From the NCBI GenBank assembly GCA_902536655.1, contig CACAYF010000005.1, positions 5,790 to 69,789 of the forward strand: a stretch of DNA of 64,000 nucleotides, given 5' to 3'. The translations under genes were made by a program, and so were the position numbers. Numbering within the stretch: position 1 is the stretch's first letter; each line of letters starts with the position of its first letter. This DNA is from an uncultured Alphaproteobacteria bacterium (GTDB lineage: Bacteria; Pseudomonadota; Alphaproteobacteria; Methylaequorales; Methylaequoraceae). Shown here one piece after another: positions 1 to 10,639 of this stretch. A model generated the notes under the pieces. That model was given only the letters and a program-made list of their open reading frames with translations, was not told where the DNA came from and did not search any database.

Positions 1-1941
1 AATTGCTTCTCTTTTAGATAATGTTTTTGCTTGAGTATTAGCTTTAACGTTAAATCCAAAAATTCTTGCTTTTGATGCAATTGCAAGGGTTACGTCAGAT
101 TCGTTAATTTCTCCCACTGCACTGTGTATTATTTTAATTGATATCTGTTCAGAGTTCATTTTATTCAGGCTATGTTCAATTGCTTCTTTCGAACCGTGTA
201 CATCAGCTTTAACTATTATAGAAATTACTTTTTTCTCGTCTTGAGATGCACTTTCTATCATTTGATCTATTGAAACTCTTTTAATTGACGAAGTCTCTTC
301 AATTCTTTTCATTCTGGATCTATACTGTGTAACCTCTCTTGCTCTTGCTTCATTGTCTACAACAACCAATTTATCTCCAGAATCTGGAGTTCCAGATAAT
401 CCTAAAAGTTCAATGGGAAAACTAGGTAATGCTTCATTTATCTTTTCAGACGAGTCATTATACATTGCTCTTACTTTACCCCATTCCTTTCCCACGACAG
501 CAATATCGCCAACTTTTAAAGTTCCATTTTGTATAAGAATAGATACGACAGTTCCCTTTCCCTTTTCTATCTTTGATTCAATAACGGTCCCATCTGCATT
601 TCTATTCGGATTAGCTCTTAATTCTAAAATTTCAGATTGAAGTATTATTGACTCTAAAAGATCATCTATTCCTATCTTTGTTTTCGCCGAAACTTTAACG
701 AAAACATTCTGTCCACCCATATTTTCACTAATTATTTCGTGCTTCATTAAATCAGATTCAACTTTGTCAGCGTTGGCTGTTGGGAGATCTATCTTATTAA
801 TTGCAACTATAATCGGACATCCAGAGGCTTTGGCGTGGCTAATAGCCTCTATTGTTTGTTCGTTAACACTGTCATCAGCAGCAACAACAAGGACTATTAC
901 GTCTGTAATGTTAGACCCTCTTGCCCGCATTTGACTGAAAGCCGCGTGTCCAGGTGTATCAATAAAAGTTATAAATTGTCCACTTTTAGCTTTAACCATA
1001 TAAGATCCTATATGTTGAGTTATTCCGCCAGCTTCAGTCGAAGCAACTTTTTTTTCTCTAATTACGTCAAGAAGAGATGTTTTTCCGTGATCAACATGAC
1101 CCATCACAGTTACTACAGGTGGTCTTGGGAGAAGATCTTGTTCTGAGTCTGAAGGTCCAGTTAACCCAACTTCAACATCAGATTCACTTACACGTTTAGG
1201 AATGTGACCAAATTCAATTACTAACAATTCAGCTGTATCACTGTCAATTGTTTGATTAATAGTTGCCATAACTCCAAGTTTCATTAGAGACTTAATCAAA
1301 TTTGACGACTTTTCAGCCAGACGTGATGCAAGTTCGTTAACAGTTATGACATCTGGAATTATAACTTCTTTCTTTTTTCTTTCTTTATTTTCTTGATTTT
1401 CCTTATTTTCTGATCTTATTACGTTTCTAAGCTTTGCCTTCTCTCTTGCTCTTTTTATCGCAGCAAGTGATCTTACCTTTTCATTGTCATCATCAAGAGC
1501 TTGAGAGATTGTTAGTTTTCCTTGTCTTCTATTTTCAAAGCTTTTTTGAGTTTTTACAAACTTCGGTTGTTTAGGTTTATCAACTACTTCTTTAATTGGT
1601 TCGTCACTAATTTTATTTTCAGCGAAATTTTTTGTTGTAGTTTTCTTAAAATCTCTTTTATCATTTTTTTCAACTGAAGTTTCATTTGTATTTTCTGTAA
1701 CTGCTATTTCAGTATTTTCTTTCTTATTTATTTGTTCTGATTGTGTTAATGAAATATCAGGTGATTTTGGTTGCTCAACTTTTTCATTTTTTGAACCACT
1801 GATTGACCTCTTTTTTTTTACTTCAACTGATACAGACCTGCTTCTTCCATGAGAAAAACTCTGTTTTATTTGACCAGCGTTTATTGTCTTCTTAAGTTGC
1901 AATTTGCCGGCTAATTTATTATTATTTTCATTTTCTGTCAT
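1..1941 (-). CDS. infB: Translation initiation factor IF-2 (3' end runs off the window)
   Basis: Not in the ORF track; manual translation from ATG 1941 gives MTENENNKLAGKLQLKK..QSFSHGRSRSVSVEVKKKR and the G1 motif PRPPVVTVMGHVDHGKTSL, plus FIDTPGHAAF and VAINKID; lies directly downstream of nusA. Confidence 0.97.
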   Translation of the reverse strand, partial: MTENENNNKLAGKLQLKKTINAGQIKQSFSHGRSRSVSVEVKKKRSISGSKNEKVEQPKSPDISLTQSEQINKKENTEIAVTENTNETSVEKNDKRDFKKTTTKNFAENKISDEPIKEVVDKPKQPKFVKTQKSFENRRQGKLTISQALDDDNEKVRSLAAIKRAREKAKLRNVIRSENKENQENKERKKKEVIIPDVITVNELASRLAEKSSNLIKSLMKLGVMATINQTIDSDTAELLVIEFGHIPKRVSESDVEVGLTGPSDSEQDLLPRPPVVTVMGHVDHGKTSLLDVIREKKVASTEAGGITQHIGSYMVKAKSGQFITFIDTPGHAAFSQMRARGSNITDVIVLVVAADDSVNEQTIEAISHAKASGCPIIVAINKIDLPTANADKVESDLMKHEIISENMGGQNVFVKVSAKTKIGIDDLLESIILQSEILELRANPNRNADGTVIESKIEKGKGTVVSILIQNGTLKVGDIAVVGKEWGKVRAMYNDSSEKINEALPSFPIELLGLSGTPDSGDKLVVVDNEARAREVTQYRSRMKRIEETSSIKRVSIDQMIESASQDEKKVISIIVKADVHGSKEAIEHSLNKMNSEQISIKIIHSAVGEINESDVTLAIASKARIFGFNVKANTQAKTLSKREAI

Positions 1942-1947
1942 CTTGGT

Positions 1948-3462
1948 TCAACTTTTATACCAATGTTTTCGTGAATTCATAATTATTTCGTCAGCTTTAT
2001 CTTGATCCATGTCTCTAAAAATATCTATCAATTCTGAATTGGATAAATCTGCAAGCTGGTCTCTAGTTTTGATATTATTCTCTTTAAGTTTTAAAAGTTG
2101 ATCTATATTAAAAAGTTTTGTAGTCAACAAATAATCATCGAATCCAGATTCCTTTAACTTGTCTAAATTCTCAACCCTAATTTTCTCAGCACAAACTTTA
2201 GCTCTTTGAATTAGCTCTTTTGATAAATTTTCATCAAAGCCCTCTATCGATGTTAGTTCCTCGAGCGAGACCATTGCAATTTCATCAATTGATGTAAAAC
2301 CCTCGGTTACTAGCAAATGAGCGATAACTTCGTCAACATCTAATAAACTTATAAATTTTTGAGATAAATTTTTAAATTCTTCATTTCTTCTGTCAGACTC
2401 CTGTGAAGTTGTTAAGATATCAATACTCCAGCCAGTTAGTGAACTTGCTAATCTGACGTTTTGGCCTTTTCTTCCGATTGCCAGGCTAAGTTGTTCGTCT
2501 GGAACTATAACATCAATCTTCTTCAGATCCTCCTCTATAATTACTTTATCAACCTCTGCTGGTCCTAATGCGTTAACAACAAATGTTGCAATATCTTCTG
2601 ACCAAAGCACAATATCAATTTTCTCTCCTTGCAACTCGTTAACCACAGCCTGAACCCTACTACCTCTCATTCCAACACAAGCTCCAACTGGATCAATACT
2701 TTTCTCCTTGGTATAAACTGCAATTTTAGCTCTACTTCCAGGATCACGGGCAACAGACTTTACCTCTATTATTCCATCATAAATTTCTGGAACTTCTTGA
2801 AAAAACAATTTTACTAAAAAGTTATTATGTGCTCTTGATAAAAAAATTTGTGGACCCTTTAAATCGTGTTTAACTTCATTGATATAAGCTCTTATTCTGT
2901 CTGATCTCCTAAATACTTCCCTATTTAAAAGTTCTTCTCTCCGCAAAATTGCTTCACCTTTTCCTAAATCTACAATCAAGTTTCCGTATTCAACTCTTTT
3001 TATTACACCGTTGACTATTTCGCCAACCTTGTCTTTAAATTCATTGAATTGCATAATCTTTTCAGCTTCTTTCACTTTTTGAAAGATAACTTGTTTAGCT
3101 GTTTGTACTGCAATTCTTCCAAAATCAAGAGGAGGCAACTCCTCTCTTAGAAATTCACCTATTTTTAGAGATTTATTTTTCACATCAGACATATTAATTT
3201 TATTTATTCTATCTTCAGATGGTAATATCTCTGTGTTCTCAACAACTTCTTGGTATCTGTACAAACCTATCTTGCCAGTCTCTCTATCCACATGCGCTCT
3301 AATATCTAATTCAAAACCATATTTTGTTCTTCCAGCTTTAGCGATCGCCATTTCCATCGCTTCTATTACTTCCATTTCATCTATACCCTTTTCTTTAGCA
3401 ATATTTTTAGCGACATCGATAATGTCAAAAGATAAAGAATCTTTAATTTCGTTCTTTTCCAA
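1948..3462 (-). CDS. nusA: Transcription termination/antitermination factor NusA
   Basis: FGRIAVQTAKQVI, ARDPGSRAKIAV, DPVGACVGMRGSRVQAV, AIGRKGQNVRLA motifs; TTG start. Confidence 0.98.
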   Translation of the reverse strand: MEKNEIKDSLSFDIIDVAKNIAKEKGIDEMEVIEAMEMAIAKAGRTKYGFELDIRAHVDRETGKIGLYRYQEVVENTEILPSEDRINKINMSDVKNKSLKIGEFLREELPPLDFGRIAVQTAKQVIFQKVKEAEKIMQFNEFKDKVGEIVNGVIKRVEYGNLIVDLGKGEAILRREELLNREVFRRSDRIRAYINEVKHDLKGPQIFLSRAHNNFLVKLFFQEVPEIYDGIIEVKSVARDPGSRAKIAVYTKEKSIDPVGACVGMRGSRVQAVVNELQGEKIDIVLWSEDIATFVVNALGPAEVDKVIIEEDLKKIDVIVPDEQLSLAIGRKGQNVRLASSLTGWSIDILTTSQESDRRNEEFKNLSQKFISLLDVDEVIAHLLVTEGFTSIDEIAMVSLEELTSIEGFDENLSKELIQRAKVCAEKIRVENLDKLKESGFDDYLLTTKLFNIDQLLKLKENNIKTRDQLADLSNSELIDIFRDMDQDKADEIIMNSRKHWYKS

Positions 3463-3582
3463 TTTATTACCTCTCTGTTTTTCCCTTACAAATTATATAT
3501 CTGTTTTGCAATTTGAAAAGTTTTAGATATTCATACCAAGACTTTGAAGAAACTTAAATAATTTAATATTTTTTTTTAATCT

Positions 3583-4239
3583 TTACTTTTTATAGATAAA
3601 AAAATTAATTCTTCTATTTTCTTTTTTTGCTTTTCTTAAATATTTGGTTGGATATATATTATAATCTTCTAAACTTTGATTGTCAGTTGACTTTAAAAGA
3701 AGTTTAAAGAAATTTTGCTTTAAAAATGATTTTGAAATTTGGTTTGAATAGTCATCGTCATCGGTTGCAATGTATATTTCAGAATTTTTAAAAGTTATTT
3801 GATCTAAATTTTTGACAAATTCTTCATTAATTAATCTTCTTTTTTGGTGTTTTTTTTTTGGCCAAGGATCGGGAAATAATATGAAGATTTTTTTGAAATT
3901 GAAATCACCTTTTATTTCAAAAAATTGGGAGAAGGTTACATTTGAAAAATAAATATTTGATATTTTATATATTTCAATCTCTTTTTTTAACTTCAGTCCA
4001 CCTGAAATAAATGGATCAATTGCAAAAAAAAAATCGTTTTTTTTTATTTGTGACTGAAAGATTAAGTTTTCACCTTTCCCAAAGCCTATTTCAAGATTAA
4101 AATTTTGGTAAAGTTTGTTTAACTTCCTTTTTTTGTTAAGGAGATTCACATCGTTAAAAAAAAACTTGTAATTTTTTAGGTCAATTAAATTAGATCTTTT
4201 AGTTTTTCTGGATTGCCTTCTACCGTAAAATGAGAGCAT
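3583..4239 (-). CDS. trmB: tRNA (guanine-N7)-methyltransferase
   Basis: FYGRR N-terminus, LEIGFGKGE SAM motif, FPDPWPKKKHQKRRL, ATD motif; usual position after metK. Confidence 0.93.
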   Translation of the reverse strand: MLSFYGRRQSRKTKRSNLIDLKNYKFFFNDVNLLNKKRKLNKLYQNFNLEIGFGKGENLIFQSQIKKNDFFFAIDPFISGGLKLKKEIEIYKISNIYFSNVTFSQFFEIKGDFNFKKIFILFPDPWPKKKHQKRRLINEEFVKNLDQITFKNSEIYIATDDDDYSNQISKSFLKQNFFKLLLKSTDNQSLEDYNIYPTKYLRKAKKENRRINFFIYKK

Positions 4240-4241
4240 GA

Positions 4242-5417
4242 TTAAAGTTCATTTAATAATTTTTCAGCTAAATCTAGTTTTTCCCATGAAAATGATCCTG
4301 TATTTGATACGTAGTCTCTTCCAAAGTGACCATAGGTAGACGTAGCTTCATAAATAGGTTGATCCAATTTCAAATGGTTTTTTATTCCTTCAGGAGATAA
4401 ATCAACATGATCTTTAATAATATTTATGATTTTATTTGTATCTAAATCTGAGCCACTGTCTGTTTTTAAATAAATTGAAATTGGCTTTGATACTCCAATA
4501 GCATAAGAAAGTTGAAGTAAACATTTTTTAGCAAGTTTTGTAGCTACAACGTTTTTAGCAATATATCTGGCAATATATGCAGCAGATCTATCAACCTTTG
4601 TATAGTCTTTTCCCGAGAAAGCACCACCACCATGTGGAGCTGATCCACCGTAAGTATCAACAATAATTTTTCTACCTGTTAAACCGGTGTCTCCGTCAGG
4701 ACCTCCGATTACAAACCTACCTGTTGGGTTTATTAAAATATTTTCAGATTTTGGAAGAATTTCAGTAGGTAGGGATTCTTCTATTATTTGTATAACTTTT
4801 TTTCTTATTTCTTCATTTTTTACATCTTCAAAATGTTGTGTTGAAACCACAATTGAAGTTATATTTTTTGGTTTATTGTTCTCGTATTGCATTGATACCT
4901 GACTCTTTGAATCAGGACCAAAAAAAGAATTATTGTTTTTTCTATAGTTTGATAAATTCTGAAGAATCTTGTGTGAATAATGAATCGGTGCGGGCATTAA
5001 AAAATCAGTTTCAGAACAGGCATAACCAAACATTATTCCCTGATCGCCTGCACCTATAACTTCTGAATCGTCGACTCCCTGAGAAATGTCTTGAGATTGA
5101 TTATGTAAATAGTTCTCTATCTCTAATTTTTCCCAATGAAAACCATCTTGCTCATACCCAATATCTTTAATTTTTTCTCTTATTTTCCGGTGTATAATTT
5201 CATCATCTACCTCTTGATGGTTTTGATTTATTTTAACCTCTCCTGATAAGATAACTCTATTTGTTGTAGCAAGAGTTTCGCATGCTACTCTTGAGTTTTT
5301 GTCTGCTTTCATATAAAGATCGACAACTAAATCCGAAATTTGGTCACATATTTTGTCAGGATGTCCCTCTGAAACTGATTCACTAGTAAAAATAAAATTT
5401 GTAGAGTTATTTGACAT
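4242..5417 (-). CDS. metK: S-adenosylmethionine synthetase
   Basis: FTSESVSEGHPDKICDQISD, GAGDQGIMFGYA, GGGAFSGKD signatures. Confidence 0.99.
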   Translation of the reverse strand: MSNNSTNFIFTSESVSEGHPDKICDQISDLVVDLYMKADKNSRVACETLATTNRVILSGEVKINQNHQEVDDEIIHRKIREKIKDIGYEQDGFHWEKLEIENYLHNQSQDISQGVDDSEVIGAGDQGIMFGYACSETDFLMPAPIHYSHKILQNLSNYRKNNNSFFGPDSKSQVSMQYENNKPKNITSIVVSTQHFEDVKNEEIRKKVIQIIEESLPTEILPKSENILINPTGRFVIGGPDGDTGLTGRKIIVDTYGGSAPHGGGAFSGKDYTKVDRSAAYIARYIAKNVVATKLAKKCLLQLSYAIGVSKPISIYLKTDSGSDLDTNKIINIIKDHVDLSPEGIKNHLKLDQPIYEATSTYGHFGRDYVSNTGSFSWEKLDLAEKLLNEL

Positions 5418-5439
5418 AAGCCTTACTAGTATTTCAAAA

Positions 5440-6969
5440 TTAGAAAACTTTCAAATCTTTTCTTTTTTTTATTAAAAAGTCACATAGAATGCAGATAAAC
5501 AGTATTACTAAAATTAAATATATCAAAATTATATTTTTGTGTGTCATAAAGAAGGTTTCGTTTTTTCCTAAATTCAATTCGTGATCAATAAAACCGCCGG
5601 TATTCAAACCTAATCTCTTTAAAATCTTTCCATTTTCATCAGTTATGACAGAAATTCCAGAGTTTGCAGAGCGGACTAGTGGAACCCCTTTTTCAACTGA
5701 TCGAAAAATAGATGCAGTCAAATGTTGTTTAGGTCCGGTAAAGTTTCCAAACCAAGCATCGTTGGTAATGTTTATTAAAAGTTCAATTTTTTTCCTGTTA
5801 AATGTTTGAAATATCGCTTCATAACAAATTGAGGGCTCAAGATATATTTTTCCGTGTTCCAATTCCAAAAACAGAATTTCATCCATATCTCCCCTACTAA
5901 AATCTGTTTGTCCAGGTGTTAGTTTGAATATATTAAACAAAAATCGAAATGGTATAAATTCTCCAAAAGGCACCAATTTTTTTTTATCGTAAAAAATTAA
6001 GTCATCTTTTTTTATAATGTAAAAGGAATTGAAAACTTTAAAATCACCACCGTAAAATTCTCTTCTCAACCCACCAGTAATTATGACTGTATTCTCATCA
6101 ATTTTTTGTTTAATGTAATTAATGAGATCAGCATTCTCGTTTAAAAAGCCTGTTATTGCTGCCTCTGGCCAGACTACTAAAAGCTCCTCTTTTTTTACTT
6201 TACTCGACAACGTCAATAGTTTATCTAAATGTTCTTGAAACAAGGTGCGATCCCACTTTTTATTTTGAGCAATATTAGGTTGTACTACTCTTACAGAGAT
6301 AGTTTTAGATACAGATTGGTTTTCTTTAAATGGGAATATCGAGAAAGATATCAAAAAAATTGGAAATAAAATTAAAGGAATTATAAAACTAAGATCTTTT
6401 TTTGTCAGGCATAATACTATTGTAATGATCCATAAAATTGTCAAAAAAGAAAGACCAAATACCCCAATAAAAGATGAAATTTTAATAAAATTTTCATTAA
6501 AAATCCAAAGATGTGCATAAAGGTTAAAGGGCAATCCACCAAAAATATTTGATCTTAATATTTCAAATATAAAAATAAAAAAAGAAATTAATAAAGTCTT
6601 AGTAAAGAAAAAGTCATTTATTTTTTGGAAATTTATAAATTTGTTAATAAAATAACACGGAAAAGCGAAGAAAAAGCCCATCAAAGATGGAAAAATAATT
6701 AAAACCAAAGGGGCCAAAATTTTGTGTTCTTCATAAACTAAAAAAGGATTCACAATCCAATGCATGGAAGCGAGAAAAAAACCTACTCCAAACAACCAGC
6801 CAGAAAATAAAGAATTGAGTTTGCGATCGTTGCAAAATAAACCTTTTATTAAAATATAGTGTCCAAGGATCAAAAAAGGAATTAAGATCGAGGAAAAAAA
6901 GGAAACACCACTTAATAAACCACCAACGAAAAATGTAATATAGGTTTTACTTTTATTTAACATTAACAA
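5440..6969 (-). CDS. lnt: Apolipoprotein N-acyltransferase
   Basis: Multi-TM N-terminus; VQPNI, VWPE, YDKKKLVPFGEF, ICYE, NITNDAWFG, RSANSGIS nitrilase-fold motifs. Confidence 0.97.
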   Translation of the reverse strand: MLMLNKSKTYITFFVGGLLSGVSFFSSILIPFLILGHYILIKGLFCNDRKLNSLFSGWLFGVGFFLASMHWIVNPFLVYEEHKILAPLVLIIFPSLMGFFFAFPCYFINKFINFQKINDFFFTKTLLISFFIFIFEILRSNIFGGLPFNLYAHLWIFNENFIKISSFIGVFGLSFLTILWIITIVLCLTKKDLSFIIPLILFPIFLISFSIFPFKENQSVSKTISVRVVQPNIAQNKKWDRTLFQEHLDKLLTLSSKVKKEELLVVWPEAAITGFLNENADLINYIKQKIDENTVIITGGLRREFYGGDFKVFNSFYIIKKDDLIFYDKKKLVPFGEFIPFRFLFNIFKLTPGQTDFSRGDMDEILFLELEHGKIYLEPSICYEAIFQTFNRKKIELLINITNDAWFGNFTGPKQHLTASIFRSVEKGVPLVRSANSGISVITDENGKILKRLGLNTGGFIDHELNLGKNETFFMTHKNIILIYLILVILFICILCDFLIKKRKDLKVF

Positions 6970-7789
6970 GAATTCGTTTGATTTTTCTTGTATCCGCGTC
7001 TCTTATTGTAAATTCCAAACCACTTTTATGGTTAATAACTTCTCCTCTGCTTGGAATCTTGCCTAATAAATTAAAAACCAAACCTCCAACTGTATCAATA
7101 TCTTCTTTTTCTTCATCAGTAAAATAACCACCAATCTTTTTTTCTAAATCTTCAACAGGTAATCTAGCTGAAACATCGTATGTTTTTTTAGAAATTTTCT
7201 TTATCTCTCCAATTTCTTCAAAATCGTGTTCATCTTTTATTTCACCAACTATCTCCTCAACAAGGTCCTCGATTGTAACTAGTCCATTAGTACCTCCAAA
7301 TTCGTCAACGACTATTGACATGTGAATTTGTTCTGATCTCATTTTTAATAAAAGGTCAAGAATCTTCATTGAAGGAGATGAAAATAGAATCTTTCTTGTT
7401 ATTGTTTTTGAAAGACTTGTATTTTCTTTTTTTTTGTTGTTGTTAACTTTTTCAAATAAATCTCTAATGTGAATCATACCAATAATCTTATCTAAATTAT
7501 CTTGAAAAACAGGAATTCTAGAATGTTTAGTTTTATTTATAAAAGTTATAAGTTTGTCAATTTTTATATCTGAAGAAACCGCGTCTATATCGGCCCTAGG
7601 AATCATTACATCTTCTATACACTTATCACTAAGGTTAATTACATTTTTAAAGATATTTTTAGTTCCGTCATCAATTTTTTCAGAACTACTTTTATTTTCG
7701 TCAATCAAGTCTTCAATCACATTTTTAAGTTCTTCTTTCTGATTTGATCGAAATAATGAAATAAAATTACTGTAAATTTTCTTTATCAT
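6953..7789 (-). CDS. corC: HlyC/CorC family CBS-domain protein
   Basis: VMIPRADI, HSRIPVF, VVDEFGGTNGLVTIEDLVEEIVGEI; located between ybeY and lnt. Confidence 0.92.
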   Translation of the reverse strand: MIKKIYSNFISLFRSNQKEELKNVIEDLIDENKSSSEKIDDGTKNIFKNVINLSDKCIEDVMIPRADIDAVSSDIKIDKLITFINKTKHSRIPVFQDNLDKIIGMIHIRDLFEKVNNNKKKENTSLSKTITRKILFSSPSMKILDLLLKMRSEQIHMSIVVDEFGGTNGLVTIEDLVEEIVGEIKDEHDFEEIGEIKKISKKTYDVSARLPVEDLEKKIGGYFTDEEKEDIDTVGGLVFNLLGKIPSRGEVINHKSGLEFTIRDADTRKIKRILVNVK

Positions 7790-8301
7790 GATTCTAAAAG
7801 TATTTTTTTCATAATATCTTTTTCTTTGGCTTCCATAACAATAGATTCTTTAAGGTTTGAATGATCGAATCCATATAAATGTAATGCACTGTGAACAATC
7901 ATATGAAGAAGGTGGTCGAAAAAATTTATTTTTTTCTGATGTGCCTCTGAAAGAATTTTTTCGAGTGAGATTACAATGTCACCTAAGACTAAATAATTAT
8001 CTAAATTACTGATCATTCTTTGTTCATTTTGAGGAAAAGATAAAACGTTAGTAGATTTGTTAATTTTCCTGTATTTTGAATTAATTTTCTTTATCTCTTC
8101 ATTGTTTGTTAAAAAAACTGAAACATACGTTTTCCTTTTTTTATATTCAAGTATTTCAAGAGTTTGATCAACAGATTTTTCAACAAAACTTTTTATTTTT
8201 TTTGTTTTAAAACCCTTTTCACAATCAAACTTGATGTCAATAATTTTTAGGTTACTTTTTTTTATATTTCTCTCCAACTCTTTGGATTTTTTCGAACTCA
8301 T
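7786..8301 (-). CDS. ybeY: rRNA maturation endoribonuclease YbeY
   Basis: INSKYRKINKSTNVLSFP, LGDIVIS, HSALHLYGFDH metal motif; ATG 8301 chosen over the upstream GTG. Confidence 0.95.
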   Translation of the reverse strand: MSSKKSKELERNIKKSNLKIIDIKFDCEKGFKTKKIKSFVEKSVDQTLEILEYKKRKTYVSVFLTNNEEIKKINSKYRKINKSTNVLSFPQNEQRMISNLDNYLVLGDIVISLEKILSEAHQKKINFFDHLLHMIVHSALHLYGFDHSNLKESIVMEAKEKDIMKKILLES

Positions 8302-9268
8302 TATATTTAGACACAATTCTTGAAACTAATGGATTTCTAACCACATCACTTTCTTCAAATTCTATAAACCCAATATCTTTTATATCTTTGAGAATGTTTA
8401 TTGATTCACGAAGGCCTGATTTAGTTCCTGATGGCAGATCAACTTGAGACAAATCACCATTAACAATCATTCTGGAATTTTGACCTAACCTTGTTAAAAA
8501 CATTTTCATTTGTATTGCAGTTGTATTTTGGGATTCATCCAGAATGATAAAAGAATTGGATAAAGTTCTTCCTCTCATAAAAGCCAGGGGTGCGATTTCA
8601 ATCATTCCATTTTCAATTTTTTTCAAAACCTCTGAAAAAGATAGCATATCGTTTAAAGCGTCATAAATTGGTCTTAAATAAGGATCTATTTTTTCTTTTA
8701 AGTCACCTGGGAGGAATCCAAGTCTTTCTCCAGCCTCAACAGCTGGTCTAGATAAAATTATTTTCTCAATTTGTCCAGATTTTAACATTGAAACTGCTAA
8801 CGCAACCGCCAAGTATGTTTTACCTGTTCCAGCAGGTCCACAGCAGAAAACCAAGTCTTTCTTCCTTACTAAATTAAAATATTCTACTTGTTTTTTGGAT
8901 CTTGGTTTTATTAATTTCTTTCCAGCCGTAAAATTTAAGGAATTGATATTTTCTTTATCATCCAGTACTCCTTTTTTAGTATCCTTAAATATATTTATCA
9001 TTCCATAGACTTCACCTTCGTCTAAAAAATTATTCTGTTTTGCATTTTCAAATAATGTTTTAAGTAAATTACAAGTAATTTTTACTTTGTTTACCTCACC
9101 ACTCACCTTGAGAAAATTTCCTCTAGTAATTATTGATACACACATCTTATTTTCAACAATTTTTAGGAACTTATCATGTTCACCAAAAACAATGGGTAAA
9201 ATAGAATTATCACTAAAAGATATTGTCTTAGAAAAAATATTTGAGATTTTATTTAATTCTTTTGCCAA
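8252..9268 (-). CDS. phoH: PhoH/YbeZ-family ATPase
   Basis: GPAGTGKTYLA, RPAVEAGERLGFLPGD, APLAFMRGRTL, ILDESQN. Confidence 0.97.
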   Translation of the reverse strand: MAKELNKISNIFSKTISFSDNSILPIVFGEHDKFLKIVENKMCVSIITRGNFLKVSGEVNKVKITCNLLKTLFENAKQNNFLDEGEVYGMINIFKDTKKGVLDDKENINSLNFTAGKKLIKPRSKKQVEYFNLVRKKDLVFCCGPAGTGKTYLAVALAVSMLKSGQIEKIILSRPAVEAGERLGFLPGDLKEKIDPYLRPIYDALNDMLSFSEVLKKIENGMIEIAPLAFMRGRTLSNSFIILDESQNTTAIQMKMFLTRLGQNSRMIVNGDLSQVDLPSGTKSGLRESINILKDIKDIGFIEFEESDVVRNPLVSRIVSKYNEFEKIQRVGEKYKKK

Positions 9269-9276
9269 TTGTTTCT

Positions 9277-10608
9277 CTATGCAGATAACTGCCCGTGAAA
9301 TGAATAAGACGTAAGGTCTTCTAGTTTTACATCCAAGAGTTTTCCTACCAGGTTCTTCGAGGAAAAAACGTGAACAGGTTGAAGATGCGGAGTTTTACCT
9401 ACGTATTGATTCTGTTTTTTTCCTTTACCAGAAAAAAGAACTTCTACGGTTTTATCTATAAAAGACAGATTAAATTCGCTTTGATGCTTATTCAAAATAC
9501 TTTGCATCTCTTTTAGTCTCATGTCAGCTACATCTTCATCAATGAAGCTCTCTTTCAACGAAGAGGGTGTACCTGGCCTTGGTGAATATTTAAACGAATA
9601 TGAACTTGCAAATCTGACCTTTTCAATCACTTCCAAAGATTCTTGAAAGTCCTTATCTGTTTCTCCAGGATAACCGACAATAAAATCGGATGAAAAAGCC
9701 ATATTTTTATGAACCTTTTTAATTTTTTTAATCAAACTCAAATAAAAAGATTTATTATGTTTTCTATTCATTTTTTTTAAAATTCGATCAGAGCCAGATT
9801 GAATTGGCAAATGTAAAAATGGCATCAATTTTGGGTTTTTTTTGTGTTGATTTAATAAATTATCGTCAATATCTATCGGATGAGATGTGAGATATCTAAT
9901 CCTCTCTAAGCCCGCGATTTCAGACAAAATTTGGCATAAATCGCTTAGTCTAATTTTTTTTCTCATTCCATCCTTAATTACATCAGACTCATATGAACTT
10001 ACGTTTTGCCCAAGAAGTGTAATTTCTTTAGCACCATTTTTTACCAAGTTAATCGTCTCTGCATATATGTTTTCAACCGATCTTGAAAACTCTGCTCCTC
10101 TTGTGTATGGAACAACACAGAATGAACAAAATTTGTCGCATCCCTCCTGGATTGTAACTAGTTTACTAACTTCTTTGCTTTTGGATGGAATTAATGAAGA
10201 GAATTTATTCTCACACAAAAAATCATTGTACACTTTATCATTATTAGCGTTTTTGAGTATCATTGGTAGCTTGTGAAAACTTTGAGGCCCAAAGACAAAA
10301 TCTACACTTTTGTTTCTTTTAAGAATTTCCTCTCCTTCTGCCTGAGCTACACAACCTGTAACAATAATATGCATTTTTTTGCCAATCTTTTTTTTATTCT
10401 CTTTAAATTTTGAAAGCCTTCCCAAATCTGAATACAACTTCTCTGAAGCTTTTTCCCTAATATGACAAGTGTTAAGAATTGCAATATCAGAATCTTCAAA
10501 ATTGTTTGATTGTTTATACCCATTAAATTCGAGAAGATCGTTAAGTTTTTCGGAGTCATATTGATTCATCTGACATCCATAGGTTTTGATAAAGAACGAT
10601 TGATTCAT
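9277..10608 (-). CDS. miaB: tRNA-i6A37 methylthiotransferase
   Basis: TYGCQMNQYDS, radical SAM CDKFCSFC, HLPIQSGSD, C-terminal TRAM-like region. Confidence 0.97.
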   Translation of the reverse strand: MNQSFFIKTYGCQMNQYDSEKLNDLLEFNGYKQSNNFEDSDIAILNTCHIREKASEKLYSDLGRLSKFKENKKKIGKKMHIIVTGCVAQAEGEEILKRNKSVDFVFGPQSFHKLPMILKNANNDKVYNDFLCENKFSSLIPSKSKEVSKLVTIQEGCDKFCSFCVVPYTRGAEFSRSVENIYAETINLVKNGAKEITLLGQNVSSYESDVIKDGMRKKIRLSDLCQILSEIAGLERIRYLTSHPIDIDDNLLNQHKKNPKLMPFLHLPIQSGSDRILKKMNRKHNKSFYLSLIKKIKKVHKNMAFSSDFIVGYPGETDKDFQESLEVIEKVRFASSYSFKYSPRPGTPSSLKESFIDEDVADMRLKEMQSILNKHQSEFNLSFIDKTVEVLFSGKGKKQNQYVGKTPHLQPVHVFSSKNLVGKLLDVKLEDLTSYSFHGQLSA

Positions 10609-10639
10609 GTATATAATTAATTAAATAATTTTTAGTCTT

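Noticed and set aside
353..1146. Track ORFs 353-640 and 835-1146, and the many other short ORFs opposite or inside long genes (e.g. 25700-26266, 33936-34298, 38178-38558)
   Set aside because: Antisense or out-of-frame shadows of well-supported genes, with no recognisable motifs.
5418..5439. SAM riboswitch upstream of metK
   Set aside because: Only 22 bp separate lnt and metK; no room or motif for one.
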